A stretch of DNA of 64,000 nucleotides from an uncultured bacterium (GTDB lineage: Bacteria; Verrucomicrobiota; Kiritimatiellia; RFP12; UBA1067), in contig CACZDG010000005.1 in the NCBI GenBank assembly GCA_902779865.1, positions 8,207 to 72,206 on the forward strand. Reading direction: 5' to 3'. The position numbers and the translations under genes were made by a program. Under the pieces are notes generated by a model. It was not told where the DNA came from. It saw only the letters and a program-made list of their open reading frames with translations, and made no database searches. Position 1 is the first letter of the stretch; every line of letters begins with the position of its first letter. Below, piece after piece: positions 19,139 to 29,000 of the stretch.

Positions 19139-20538
19139 CGTACAATAATGCCATATCGGGGATTGCCATAGTCCTTTGCACTGCGTTCTGTGGATGCCGC
19201 ACTTCCTACAATGAAGAGGTTGCGGCTCGTAACGACGTCATGTTCGGTTCCGGCAACTTTGCCATGCAGCGCGCTACCAAGATGGCGGGCAGCACCGTGA
19301 ACAGGAAACTAGGCGCATTTGAACTCGCACGACTCAAGATGTTGCGCGGGGATTTCCGCGGAAGTTCGTCCGTTTTCGCGCCACAGCTGGAGGAGATGTT
19401 CGACGAGACGAACGAGGGTCCAATACTCAAAAAGGGCCAGATTGCGGGCAACATTCTAGCGGGAACGGTGGGAGACGACAGGGCCATACCTTACGAACTC
19501 CCGGCGTTTGAACTGATCTTCGGCCTTCAGTACCAGGCTGTTAACTCGCTGATCCTCGGCGACCATGGCAATGCCCGAGCCTATCTGCGCCGTGCGACTG
19601 CGGTGCAGGAGCAGCTGAAGGAGGAGAAAACCGACCCTTACGCGGACGGCGGGGAAAACGTGAGCGCGGAAAACGCGCAGAATGCAAGCACGGCATCAAG
19701 CGAAATTACGGCGAAGCTCTCGCCGGTGGCTGATCTTGTGCGCTCATCATACGAAAACGCCTTTGCCTGGTATTTGATGGGGCTCTTCTTCACGAATGAA
19801 AACGACCCCAGCAATGCGGATATCGCCTATCGCGAAGCAGGGCGCATCAATCCGGCAATAACGCAGTTCACCCGCCCGGCCCCAGGTGCGGGTCAGGACG
19901 TAATCGTCGTTTACGAGGATGATCTCGTTGACCAGCAGGCTCCGGTGAAAATACCGCTTCCGTTCGGCGGCACTTTGTGGTCTGTCGATTTCCCGATCTA
20001 CAACGAGCCTGCCCACATCCCCTCCACGATAACGGTGGAGCGCGGCGGGACGATGGTGGCCACATGCGTTCCGGTCGTCAACGTACAGGCGCTGGCGTAT
20101 CGCCATTTGCGGGACCGCATACCAGGTGTTACCACCCGTAACGTAACCCGCGCCGCAGTGAAGATCGCGGCCCAGCAGGTCGCGAACCACGTGAACACCA
20201 GTAACGGATACGCCGATCTTGCGATTATGCTTGGAGTGTTTGCGTTCAATGCCACAAGCACCGTGATAAGCGAGGCGGATACGCGCGGATGGCAGACGCT
20301 GCCGGAACATGTCCAGATTGCGAGGATACGTCTGCCGCCAGATGCGCAAAGCATTGTCCTCCGCAACGCCCGCACCGGACTCGCCTGCGAGGTCGCGTTG
20401 CCGCCCGGAGGCGCCGGGCCGCGTTTCGTCTGGTTTACAGACGCACGCGGATTCGCCACCGTAAGCGTCTTTCCGCTGCTGGGCGGATTCCAGCCGACGT
20501 GGACGCGGGTGCAGTCGCTGATCGGCGGGCGTCCTTGA
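19135..20538 (+). CDS. lipoprotein, COG3014-like (tentative)
   Basis: ATGA overlap with the previous gene. Lipobox TAFCGC. TPR-like central part (AFAWYLMGLFF..ADIAYREAG). Confidence 0.55.
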   Translation: MTYNNAISGIAIVLCTAFCGCRTSYNEEVAARNDVMFGSGNFAMQRATKMAGSTVNRKLGAFELARLKMLRGDFRGSSSVFAPQLEEMFDETNEGPILKKGQIAGNILAGTVGDDRAIPYELPAFELIFGLQYQAVNSLILGDHGNARAYLRRATAVQEQLKEEKTDPYADGGENVSAENAQNASTASSEITAKLSPVADLVRSSYENAFAWYLMGLFFTNENDPSNADIAYREAGRINPAITQFTRPAPGAGQDVIVVYEDDLVDQQAPVKIPLPFGGTLWSVDFPIYNEPAHIPSTITVERGGTMVATCVPVVNVQALAYRHLRDRIPGVTTRNVTRAAVKIAAQQVANHVNTSNGYADLAIMLGVFAFNATSTVISEADTRGWQTLPEHVQIARIRLPPDAQSIVLRNARTGLACEVALPPGGAGPRFVWFTDARGFATVSVFPLLGGFQPTWTRVQSLIGGRP

Positions 20539-20579
20539 GCTTCATCCATAAAAGGAACTGAAAAAGAGAAAGGAAACAA

Positions 20580-21227
20580 ATGAAGAAAACACTGATAGGT
20601 ATGTTGCTTGTAGCAACGTCATCTGCTGTCGCCGCCGTAGCAACGGTGCGGCAGATCGAGCCGGGAGTACGCCCCGTGTACAACTCCGGGACGGGCGTGA
20701 TGCCCGCAGGAGCGCAGGAGGCCATGCCGAAGGCGAGGCAACAGCTGGCCAAGGACAACATGGTGGGCATTGGTTTTTCGCCCTTTATGTTTTCCGTGGT
20801 CACTCCAATACAGATACCCGCGCCGGAATACGACGTGGGCGGACTTCGCATAAACCTCTTTTACGGGACGTGCGTCAACTTCGACGGACTTGACGTCGGA
20901 CTGGTCGGCGTTTCGCGCAACCATGCCAACGGTTTGCTTGCGAACCTGCTCGTGAACTATGCGCAGGGCGACGGACTTGGCGTCAACGTCGGTTGCGTCA
21001 ACTACTTCAGCGGCGACTTCAAGGGGCTCCAGGTCGGCCTTGCGAACTGGATCAACTACGGCGACATGTTCCAGATCGGCCTCTACAACGGCGGTTACGA
21101 CGTACAGGGGCTTCAGATCGGCGTGATCAATACGGCGAACAAGCTGCAGGGACTGCAGATCGGCGTCGTAAACATCATCTCGAATTCGGACGTGTCGTTC
21201 TTCCCGATCATCAACGGATATTTCTGA
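20580..21227 (+). CDS. secreted GxQxGxxN repeat protein (LA_2272-like repeats, tentative name)
   Basis: Signal peptide. Degenerate repeats GLDVGLVGV, GLGVNVGCVN, GLQVGLANW, MFQIGLYN, GLQIGVINT, GLQIGVVNI. C-terminal FFPIINGYF. Paralog at 62428-63162. Confidence 0.7.
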   Translation: MKKTLIGMLLVATSSAVAAVATVRQIEPGVRPVYNSGTGVMPAGAQEAMPKARQQLAKDNMVGIGFSPFMFSVVTPIQIPAPEYDVGGLRINLFYGTCVNFDGLDVGLVGVSRNHANGLLANLLVNYAQGDGLGVNVGCVNYFSGDFKGLQVGLANWINYGDMFQIGLYNGGYDVQGLQIGVINTANKLQGLQIGVVNIISNSDVSFFPIINGYF

Positions 21228-21266
21228 GGCCGCCATGGCTGAGAATCAAAACTCAAAGGAAGGAAA

Positions 21267-22814
21267 ATGGAAATGAATGCGAAACAGATAATGTCCATCG
21301 GCGCTGCAATGCTGTGCGCCGCAGTCTTGGCTCAGACGCCCGGCGTCCAGACTGTGTCAGAGGTGGAGTCGCGCCAGACTTCCGCCGATCTCAAGGCGTT
21401 CAAGGCGCGTGTGGCCGCGGCCAACCCCGGGCTTGACGTGGTGAAGGTCGAGGAGGACGTCGTGCGTCGCGCCGTACTGGCACCGCCCCCGCCCCCGCCG
21501 CCCCGCAAGGCTCCGGTCATGGCGATCTTCGTGAAGAACCAGACGAAGACGCCCGGCATGGACGACCAGATCGACGGCATCCGCGACCGTCTGGCCGCCG
21601 AGGTCTCCGGCCTTGACTTCATAATCATGGACTCCAACGAAATCGGCGCAGCGTTCAACCGCTACAAAATCACCACGGCGGAGGAAAGGGCCGGTCTCAT
21701 TGCCGGACTCTTCACCGGCGGAAGCGTCACGCGCGTCGCGCAGATGCTCGGCACGGACTACATCCTCACTGCGTCCGTAATCGGCGCATCGCAGATGAGC
21801 CGCGTCGCCGGCGACCGTCCCGTTACGATATACACTCTCCGCATGGCCACAAAGGTGCTTGACGCGACGACCGGAGGCAGCGTGTACGGTAGAAACTGGA
21901 CGAACAAGCGTCCCACTCCGCAGAACGGCGATGACGCCATGGGGCACTACGACGACCTCATCGACATGTGGGTGCAGGAAACCGCCGCCGATCTCGCCGC
22001 AGCCCGTCCGCGCTGGCGCGAGCCCACTGCATACGCAGGTACGCTCGTTCCGTTCACCGTCACCACGACGTTGGACGACATCTTCAAGCCGCTGGAGACG
22101 ACGGTTGACGCTTCCAAGCCGGTTAAGGATGAGCTTCGCGTCGTTGCCGGCGGTATCACGGTGGAACTCGACGGCGCGGCCGTCGGTTCGTCCGGCGGAA
22201 CCTTCCAGGCGCGTCCCGGTCTCCACCAGTTGCGCGTGTCCCGCCAGTGGATGGTACCTTGGACCGGTACGGTCAATATCCAGTCTGGCGCCGTGTTCAA
22301 TGTCGCGCTGGAGCTTTCCGACGAGGGGTTCCGTCATTACAGGAACAAGGAAGTGCTCCGTGCTGAACTCGCGCTGGCGTATGCCGAGGCAGCGTTCCGC
22401 CGCGGTTGCCGCATCAACTTTGACTCCTCGTCGTGGCAGAACGTGACGTGGGCGCCCGGCGCGTCCGCAACGTCGGTCTCGTCCTCCACCTCCACAATGG
22501 TTCAGCCGGTAGTCGAGCAGCCCGTAATCGTACAGCCTCCGGCAACGCAACCCGTGCAGTCTCCTGACATGCCGGCTGTTCAGCCCGTGCAGTCTCCATC
22601 CGTGCAGCCGATGCAGGCCCCGGTACAGCCAGTGCAGCAGCCCATCCAGCCCGCAGCCGTGCAGCCCATGCAGCCCACAGCCGTGCAGCCCATGCAGCCT
22701 GTGACTACGCCGATTGTGCAGCCCGCTGCCCCAGCGCCGATTGTGCAGCCCGCTGCCCCAGCGCCGGTTGTGCAGCCTGCCGCTCCAGTGCAGGGTGGGG
22801 CTGTTGCGTATTGA
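21267..22814 (+). CDS. secreted CsgG/LpoB-fold-like protein with PEGA-like domain and Pro/Gln/Val-rich tail
   Basis: Signal peptide. MAIFVKNQTKTPGMDDQ...LGTDYILTASVIG resembles CsgG-family lipoprotein cores. GITVELDGAAVG...HQLRVS resembles a PEGA domain. Low-complexity C-terminus. Confidence 0.55.
   Translation: MEMNAKQIMSIGAAMLCAAVLAQTPGVQTVSEVESRQTSADLKAFKARVAAANPGLDVVKVEEDVVRRAVLAPPPPPPPRKAPVMAIFVKNQTKTPGMDDQIDGIRDRLAAEVSGLDFIIMDSNEIGAAFNRYKITTAEERAGLIAGLFTGGSVTRVAQMLGTDYILTASVIGASQMSRVAGDRPVTIYTLRMATKVLDATTGGSVYGRNWTNKRPTPQNGDDAMGHYDDLIDMWVQETAADLAAARPRWREPTAYAGTLVPFTVTTTLDDIFKPLETTVDASKPVKDELRVVAGGITVELDGAAVGSSGGTFQARPGLHQLRVSRQWMVPWTGTVNIQSGAVFNVALELSDEGFRHYRNKEVLRAELALAYAEAAFRRGCRINFDSSSWQNVTWAPGASATSVSSSTSTMVQPVVEQPVIVQPPATQPVQSPDMPAVQPVQSPSVQPMQAPVQPVQQPIQPAAVQPMQPTAVQPMQPVTTPIVQPAAPAPIVQPAAPAPVVQPAAPVQGGAVAY
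22498..22790 (+). repeat. coding tandem repeats (VQPxQ-type), including 3 x 27 bp at 22710-22790
   Basis: CCGATTGTGCAGCCCGCTGCCCCAGCG occurs twice perfectly, then once diverged. Upstream are GTGCAGCC(C/G)ATGCAGCC units. Confidence 0.85.
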
Positions 22815-22848
22815 TGAACGAACTTAACCAAAAAGAAAAGGAATAAAA

Positions 22849-23262
22849 ATGAAAACAATGTCTTTCGTGCTCTGTGCGCTTGCCTGCGCGCTTTTCACGG
22901 GTTGCCACACGACTGCTGGAACTTCCGTTGTCTTGAACCATGACACCGGCGGTTCTTTGATATGTGAGGGCAACACGCGCCTCCATAACGCAATGGCGGT
23001 CACAGCCGTCACTTACGACAAGGTGCCGAACGGCTTGAACCGCGTCAACATCCAGCTGTCCTCTCTCGTACAGCGCGATCAGTTCCTTCAGTACCGCATC
23101 GCATGGTACAATTCCGAGGGCATGGAGATTGATGCCGATACGCGCTCGTACCGTCCGCTCACACTGCATGGACTTGATGCCGTGACCGTGACGGGCGTTG
23201 CCAACAGCCCCGCCGCAGTCACCTCGCGTCTGCGCGTCCGTGAAGTGAGGTCGCTTCGCTGA
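22849..23262 (+). CDS. YcfL-like (DUF1425) lipoprotein
   Basis: Lipobox LFTGC. Size and RVNIQLSSLVQRDQFLQYRIAWYNSEGMEI pattern typical of YcfL. Sits directly upstream of an LpoB-like gene, as in enterobacterial ycfL-lpoB. Confidence 0.6.
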   Translation: MKTMSFVLCALACALFTGCHTTAGTSVVLNHDTGGSLICEGNTRLHNAMAVTAVTYDKVPNGLNRVNIQLSSLVQRDQFLQYRIAWYNSEGMEIDADTRSYRPLTLHGLDAVTVTGVANSPAAVTSRLRVREVRSLR

Positions 23263-23306
23263 AAAAGAACGGTTAACCATTCATATTCAAAACAAGGAGA
23301 TTACAG

Positions 23307-23906
23307 ATGAAAGCAAGTTTTAACTTTTTCGCAGGCCTGACGCTGCTTGCGGCGTTTACTGGTTGCGTTAGCGGTCATGGTCCCGTTGTCGTTGGAAATC
23401 CGGACGATACCCGCCCATTGACGACGAGGATTGAGCCGCAGGACATCCGCAACACGGTGGAGAAGATGACAGAATCCCTGCTGGCCGATCCTGGTGTGTT
23501 GGAAGCCACCAAGGGCGAGAAGCCGATTCTCGACATCGAGGTGATGAAGAACAGGTCCCAGATGATCATTGACATGAAAAACATCACGGACTCCATTCGC
23601 ATGAGGCTGATTCGTTCACGTCAGTTCCGCTTCGTTGACCGTTCCTCGTCAGGCGTTGACATCACCATCATGGACGAACAGGCCCAGCTCGGTCTTACGG
23701 ATCCGCGTAAAGCGGTTCGTCCCGGGCAGCAGACTGCTGCGCAAATGTACTTGACGGGCGAACTGACCGACATGTCGCAGAGCGACGGAAGGACGTTGCA
23801 CCGCTACTACAAGTTCTCGATGATCCTCAAGGATCTGAGGACTGGCGAAATCGTCTGGGCAGACGAGAAGGAAGTCAGCAAGGTTACCGTCCGTCCCATT
23901 TTTTAA
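23307..23906 (+). CDS. LpoB-like (COG3417) lipoprotein, penicillin-binding-protein activator family
   Basis: Lipobox AFTGC. PILDIEVMKNRSQMIIDMKNITDSIRMRLIRSRQFRFVDR and YLTGELTDM are typical of the family. Confidence 0.65.
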   Translation: MKASFNFFAGLTLLAAFTGCVSGHGPVVVGNPDDTRPLTTRIEPQDIRNTVEKMTESLLADPGVLEATKGEKPILDIEVMKNRSQMIIDMKNITDSIRMRLIRSRQFRFVDRSSSGVDITIMDEQAQLGLTDPRKAVRPGQQTAAQMYLTGELTDMSQSDGRTLHRYYKFSMILKDLRTGEIVWADEKEVSKVTVRPIF

Positions 23907-23939
23907 GTAGGACGTTCGCAAGTTATTTTGGTGACCAAG

Positions 23940-25811
23940 TTATTTTGGTGACAGCGTCACCTTGAAAAACCTGTTGGTCGTCGTGGTGAGGTCTTCCTTC
24001 GTCACGACGATCCAGTTATTAGTGGGCGAAAGATTGCGGCATCCCCAGATTTTGTAGTTCCGCGACGTGCCGAGGTCGGGCGTCCATGAGAGCGATGGTG
24101 TGCCGTTCGTGACGGCGATGGAGAGCGTAAAGTCGTCATTTGGATTCGATGGGTCAAGCCCCGCGAGCCAGTTCGCCCAAAGCGTGCGCCCGTTCGCGCC
24201 AATGATATTCGCGAACGCGCCGAACGTCTCGCCGTGCTGCGCGTAGGCAAGCGCATTCGTGGCGGCGAGGGCCGCGAGCGCATCCGTGCCGTCCGCAGTT
24301 TCGCCCGGTGCGTCGTCCGCCTTCGCCGGCACTGTCGTGCGCGTGTAGGCTTTGAGGCAGAATGCGGCGGGCGCATCGCACTCGTTGTCGCTGTAGTAGG
24401 CAAGATCAAGTTCCGTCAGGTCGTACCAGAGCGTTTCGCCATCCGCAACGCGGCCTAGATAGGTACATCCGGCGGGATGGTCGGCTTCCGCATAATCGTC
24501 ATAATGGCAGTCGGCCAAATGTGAAAAGCTGTTGCCCGTTTGCTCATACACGACGGTGAAATGCGTCCTGTCCGCAAGCGGCACGGCGGTCGAGAGCGGA
24601 ATCGTGGAAAAACCCGCATGTGGCAGGGTACCTGTTTGCGTACAGGCAACGATACCGTTTTCAATGGGGGATTCGGCGTTCCTCGTCACGTTGGTGTAGA
24701 TTGTGATCCGATAGGGGTTTCCGTCAATGGAGGACCACACGCCGACAGCTGCCAGCGTTTCGTTCCATGCTGAAGTGAACACGGCTGCCTGGAGGTTGTA
24801 CGAGCCGAACGCTTCCCCGAAATCAAATATCGGTCCGAGCTTGTCGTAGCCATAAACGGCGCTGTAGTTCTCGTCGGATGTCGCCGGCAGGTACACCGCG
24901 CCGTCGTACGTGCCAAAGTTCTTGTCATAATATGAAACATGCCAGTAGCCGCTGTCGCCGCTTGAAGTCCCCCAGCTGTTCTTGATGAGCCAAGCGCCGT
25001 TGGCGGAAGGGCGGCGGGTTGCCTTGAAGTTGTTTGTGGAATAGTTGTCGTCCCAGCCGACGACCGTGATTGCGTGGTCGCAACCTAGGGCCAGATTGCA
25101 GTAATAGGCACTCCCGTTCATGTACGGAGAAGTGGAAGAAGCATAGATACAGGTACTGACGGCACCATACTTCATGATGGCGGACTTCAAGGCGTTGCGC
25201 GTCTCCTCCGTCCCGTCAAGCGCAGGAACCGATACCACGTTCTGTATGTGCAGCGCCGGATCGAGCGGAACGCTGGGCCTGATGACCTCCCATTCATGCT
25301 TTGCCGAGGTCACGTTGTAAGAGTCGTTGGCGTTTATGAAGTAAACATCGTTCGTCTCCATTACCGCACCGCTCCATCTCAACAGGTGCGCGGAGGCCAT
25401 GTCGTTGTTGCCTCCCAGATTCCAGTCACCTTCGAAGCCGCTGAGCAGCGTCATGTTCTTCTCTGAAAGATCCCATACGCCACGACCAGTCCTAAGCAGC
25501 TGCGTCTCGATGACGGCGTTGGCGGCGAACGTCCAGCAAGTCCCCAGAGGGTTCTGGTCCTTCACCGGCGTCACCCATCCCTTGTCGCGGGAGTCCCATG
25601 ATGAAGGAAGGGGAGTTGCCTTCAATCGCTTGGTGGAGGCCTTCACGCCATCTGCGCGCCTTATATTTATCCTGTGTGGCGGTGGACGGAATCCGGTCTG
25701 GCGAACATCGTCACCTGCGGCGGCCATTGACATGACCGCCGCGCAGACAGTCGCCGTGAGGCGGAGAACTGTGCCTCTTGCAGATCTCCGATATGGATTC
25801 GTCTTTTTCAT
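23940..25811 (-). CDS. secreted C1-family (papain-like) cysteine peptidase with C-terminal extension
   Basis: Signal peptide. DQNPLGTCWTFAANAV (Cys), DHAITVVGWDD (His), WLIKNSWGTSSGDSGYW (Asn/Trp). Confidence 0.85.
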   Translation of the reverse strand: MKKTNPYRRSARGTVLRLTATVCAAVMSMAAAGDDVRQTGFRPPPHRINIRRADGVKASTKRLKATPLPSSWDSRDKGWVTPVKDQNPLGTCWTFAANAVIETQLLRTGRGVWDLSEKNMTLLSGFEGDWNLGGNNDMASAHLLRWSGAVMETNDVYFINANDSYNVTSAKHEWEVIRPSVPLDPALHIQNVVSVPALDGTEETRNALKSAIMKYGAVSTCIYASSTSPYMNGSAYYCNLALGCDHAITVVGWDDNYSTNNFKATRRPSANGAWLIKNSWGTSSGDSGYWHVSYYDKNFGTYDGAVYLPATSDENYSAVYGYDKLGPIFDFGEAFGSYNLQAAVFTSAWNETLAAVGVWSSIDGNPYRITIYTNVTRNAESPIENGIVACTQTGTLPHAGFSTIPLSTAVPLADRTHFTVVYEQTGNSFSHLADCHYDDYAEADHPAGCTYLGRVADGETLWYDLTELDLAYYSDNECDAPAAFCLKAYTRTTVPAKADDAPGETADGTDALAALAATNALAYAQHGETFGAFANIIGANGRTLWANWLAGLDPSNPNDDFTLSIAVTNGTPSLSWTPDLGTSRNYKIWGCRNLSPTNNWIVVTKEDLTTTTNRFFKVTLSPK

Positions 25812-25882
25812 GTGCGGAATTAGTATAGCATATTCCGCTCAGCCTGTGCCGACATTCGGCTATTTTGCGGTACGGGTGACAA

Positions 25883-25933
25883 GACAGAGTGAATGCAATC
25901 CCTCCGCGAAGCGGGGGTTGCATTCACTCTGTC
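25883..25933. other. 51-nt hairpin with 16-bp perfect arms
   Basis: GACAGAGTGAATGCAA (25883-25898) and TTGCATTCACTCTGTC (25918-25933). The inner segment CCCTCCGC-GAA-GCGGGGG also pairs. T6 at 25944-25949. Confidence 0.8.
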
Positions 25934-25980
25934 ACCCCTCCCGTTTTTTCCGATAAGTTGTGTACGCATGCGCAGATTTA

Positions 25981-25989
25981 TGGTATAAT
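25981..25989 (+). promoter_or_regulatory. extended -10 element TGGTATAAT upstream of the 2081-aa gene
   Basis: Exact TGGTATAAT 28 nt before the ATG at 26017. Confidence 0.45.
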
Positions 25990-26016
25990 TGTCGCACAGC
26001 TTGAAAGGATTAGGTT

Positions 26017-29000
26017 ATGTCTAAAGTAGTCAAGAGCTTCTTTGCGGCTTCAATCGCGGCTTGCGTTGCAGCGGCGTCTTCGCCGTTGTTTGCCGATACT
26101 TGGTTCGACGCGGGGATCCCGTCGTACACGTCGTGGCCCGACGACGACAGCGCATACGAGGTGCCGGGTGTGGGCGTGTGGACGAATACGGCCAGCGCGG
26201 AGCTTGGCAGTTCTGCGGGGCAGACGTGGCTGTCCGTTTTCGCCGAAGAGGTCACTCCGCTTCTGTTTACGCCGCTGCAGACGCGGTCGGTCGTGACTGA
26301 CGAGCCGACTATGGTGTTCAACGTGAAGTTCACCGAGGGCACGTCCCCGCTCATTGCGGACCAGACGATCAAGGGTTCCGTGACGGTCGTCGAGAAGGGC
26401 GAGGGCTCCGTTTACATGGGCCTCATGAAGGATCCGGACGGTGCGACCAATATTTGGCGCGAGCTGTCCGGCGCGACGCCCGACCTCGCCAACTCGGTTG
26501 AGCTGAGGGTGTCCCTGCGCAACTACAACGGCGAGCGGCAGGTGAGGTACGCGGTCGGCAACACGGTTCTTACCTCGTCGTACGGCGAATGGGCGCCCAC
26601 GGCCTACACCGGCTCATCCGACGACGTGACGTCCGCCGGCATGGTGGGCAACGGCGACCTCTTCAACCTCGCGGCGGAGACCATCGTCGTCCGTGTCAAG
26701 TCCCCGCTCACGATTCCCGACATCGACGGGATGGGCGTCGTCTCGGTCAAGGTGGACGGCGTGGAGGTGTCGCCGGAAGGGGACGGCACGTACCTCGTTC
26801 CCGCAGGCGCCTACGTGGCCGTCACGTTCGCGCCGGACGAGGGCAAGTACCTCGACTTCCGCACGATGGTGTTCCAGATGGGCGACAGCGCGATGACGCT
26901 GCCCGTGGCGGGCAGGCCGTCTGTCGTCCCGCCCTCCAGCTTCCTCTTCATCAACGAGGTCATGGCCTCGAACGGCGAGACGGCCGCGACGGAGAACGGC
27001 GGCGCGGAGCTCGACTGGGTGGAGTTGCGCAACGACAACGACGACGACATCGACGTGACGGGCTGGTACATGTACGACAACGCCACGAAGCCGACGAAGT
27101 GGGTGCAGATCGAGGGCTCGTGCGTCGTGCCCGCGCACGGCTTCAAGATCGTCTGGTGCGACAAGAGCTACACCAACTGGGCGGCGGGCGAAGCCCACGC
27201 CAAGTTCGGCGTCGGCAAGAGCGACAGCACGGTCGTTCTCGCCTACTCCAACAGCGTCGACGCGATCGTCGCGACGATGGTGCTCCCGCCGCAGATGAAG
27301 GACGTTTCGTACGGACTCGGCAACCGCGAGAAGACGGTCCTCGGCAAGCTCGATGCCGCGCAGTGGCGCGTCGGCAACGGCGAATGGCAGGCGGCGTCCG
27401 GCCCGGTCGGCATGCCGGGTGCGGCCACGGGCGGCTTCACGGTGACGTCCTACCAGCTGAACAAGGACGCCTGCGCGAACATCCCCGCCGTCGAGGGCGC
27501 GCTCGCGAGCGGAAGGTACAGCCCGAAGAAGACGCTCACCGGCGTGCAGACGGTCGCCTACAAGAACGCGTCCGCCACGATTTCGTCCGAGTTCAGCTCG
27601 AGCTACAGGTCCGTTTCCGAGGTCGGCATGGCCGACAACGGCACCTACTACGCGATTCTCGTCGAGGGCGTCGTCAACATCCCGCGCGCCGGCAGCTGGA
27701 CGTTCAGCGTCGGCTCGGACGACGGTTTCTCGCTCGAGGCGTGGAACGAAAAGTACCACTTCCAGTCCGAGTACACGGGCGCGCGCGGCTACGGACAGAC
27801 CCCGGCCATCTTCCGCGTCCAGGAGCCGGGCGCGTACAACGTGAGGCTCCTCTACTTCCAGGCGACGGGCGGCGCGGCGCTCGACTTCTGCGTGAAGGAG
27901 GGCGAGTTCGAGGACTACGAGAACTTTACGCTGGACGGATTCAGTCTCGTCGGCACGGCCGCGAGCGGCGTCGCCCACGTCGGCGCGTGGGCGGGACACG
28001 TCTCGACCGACGTCTCCGCCGCCATGCTCAACGTCACAAACGCGCTTGACTGGAAGGCGACGTTCGCGCTCGACGCGGCGCCGGCGTCGGACGACGCCTT
28101 CAGGCTGAAGGTGCGCTACGCCGACGGCTTCACGGCGAAGGTCAACGGCACGGTCGTCACGAACGTCCTGGTCGAAGAGGCGCGCGTGCTTGCGGACGCG
28201 CTGACGCCCGTCGTGATCCCCATTCCGTCGGAACTTCTCACTGTGGGCGACAACCTTCTTGAGATCACCGCCGTCAACGACGCCGTGAACGATCCGGACT
28301 TCCTGCTCTCGGCGGAGGTCTCGGTCACGAAGTCCGCCGAGGAGCTCGTGTTCTTCCGCGAGCCCACGCCGGGCGCGAAGAACACGACGGCCGGCTACGG
28401 CCCCGCGTCCCCGAAGGTGCAGTTCAGCGTGCCGCACGGCTACAAGACGGCGGCGTTCGACCTGACGCTCTCCTGCGCGGACGATCCCACGGCGACGATC
28501 TACTACACGCTCGACGGCACGTCGCCCACCACGTCCTCCACGCCCTACACGGGGCCGATCCACATCACCGGCACCACGTGCATCCGCGCGGCGGTTCCGC
28601 AGGAGGGGAGCGTGATCCAGCAGGACGCCGCGGCGACGTACCTCTTCCTCGACGACATCCTCCAGCAGACGAGCGGTGTCGTCCCGGCGGGCTTCCCCTC
28701 GACCACGATCAACAGCCAGGTCATGCGCTACGGCATGAACCAGAGCATTGTGAACGGCGCAGACCGCGACAGGCTCTTGCGCGGCTTCACGAACTCCGTT
28801 TCCACGATCTCGCTCGTCATCGATCCGCACAATCTCTTCGATCCCGTCGAGGGCATCTACGTGAACGCCAAGGCGTGCGACGGACGCGAATGGGAGCGCA
28901 CCACGATGGTGGAGCAGATCGACCCGACGAACGACGCCAACGGCTTCTCCACGGCGGGCGGCATCCGCATCCGCGGCGCGTTCAGCCGCAACCCGCAGTA

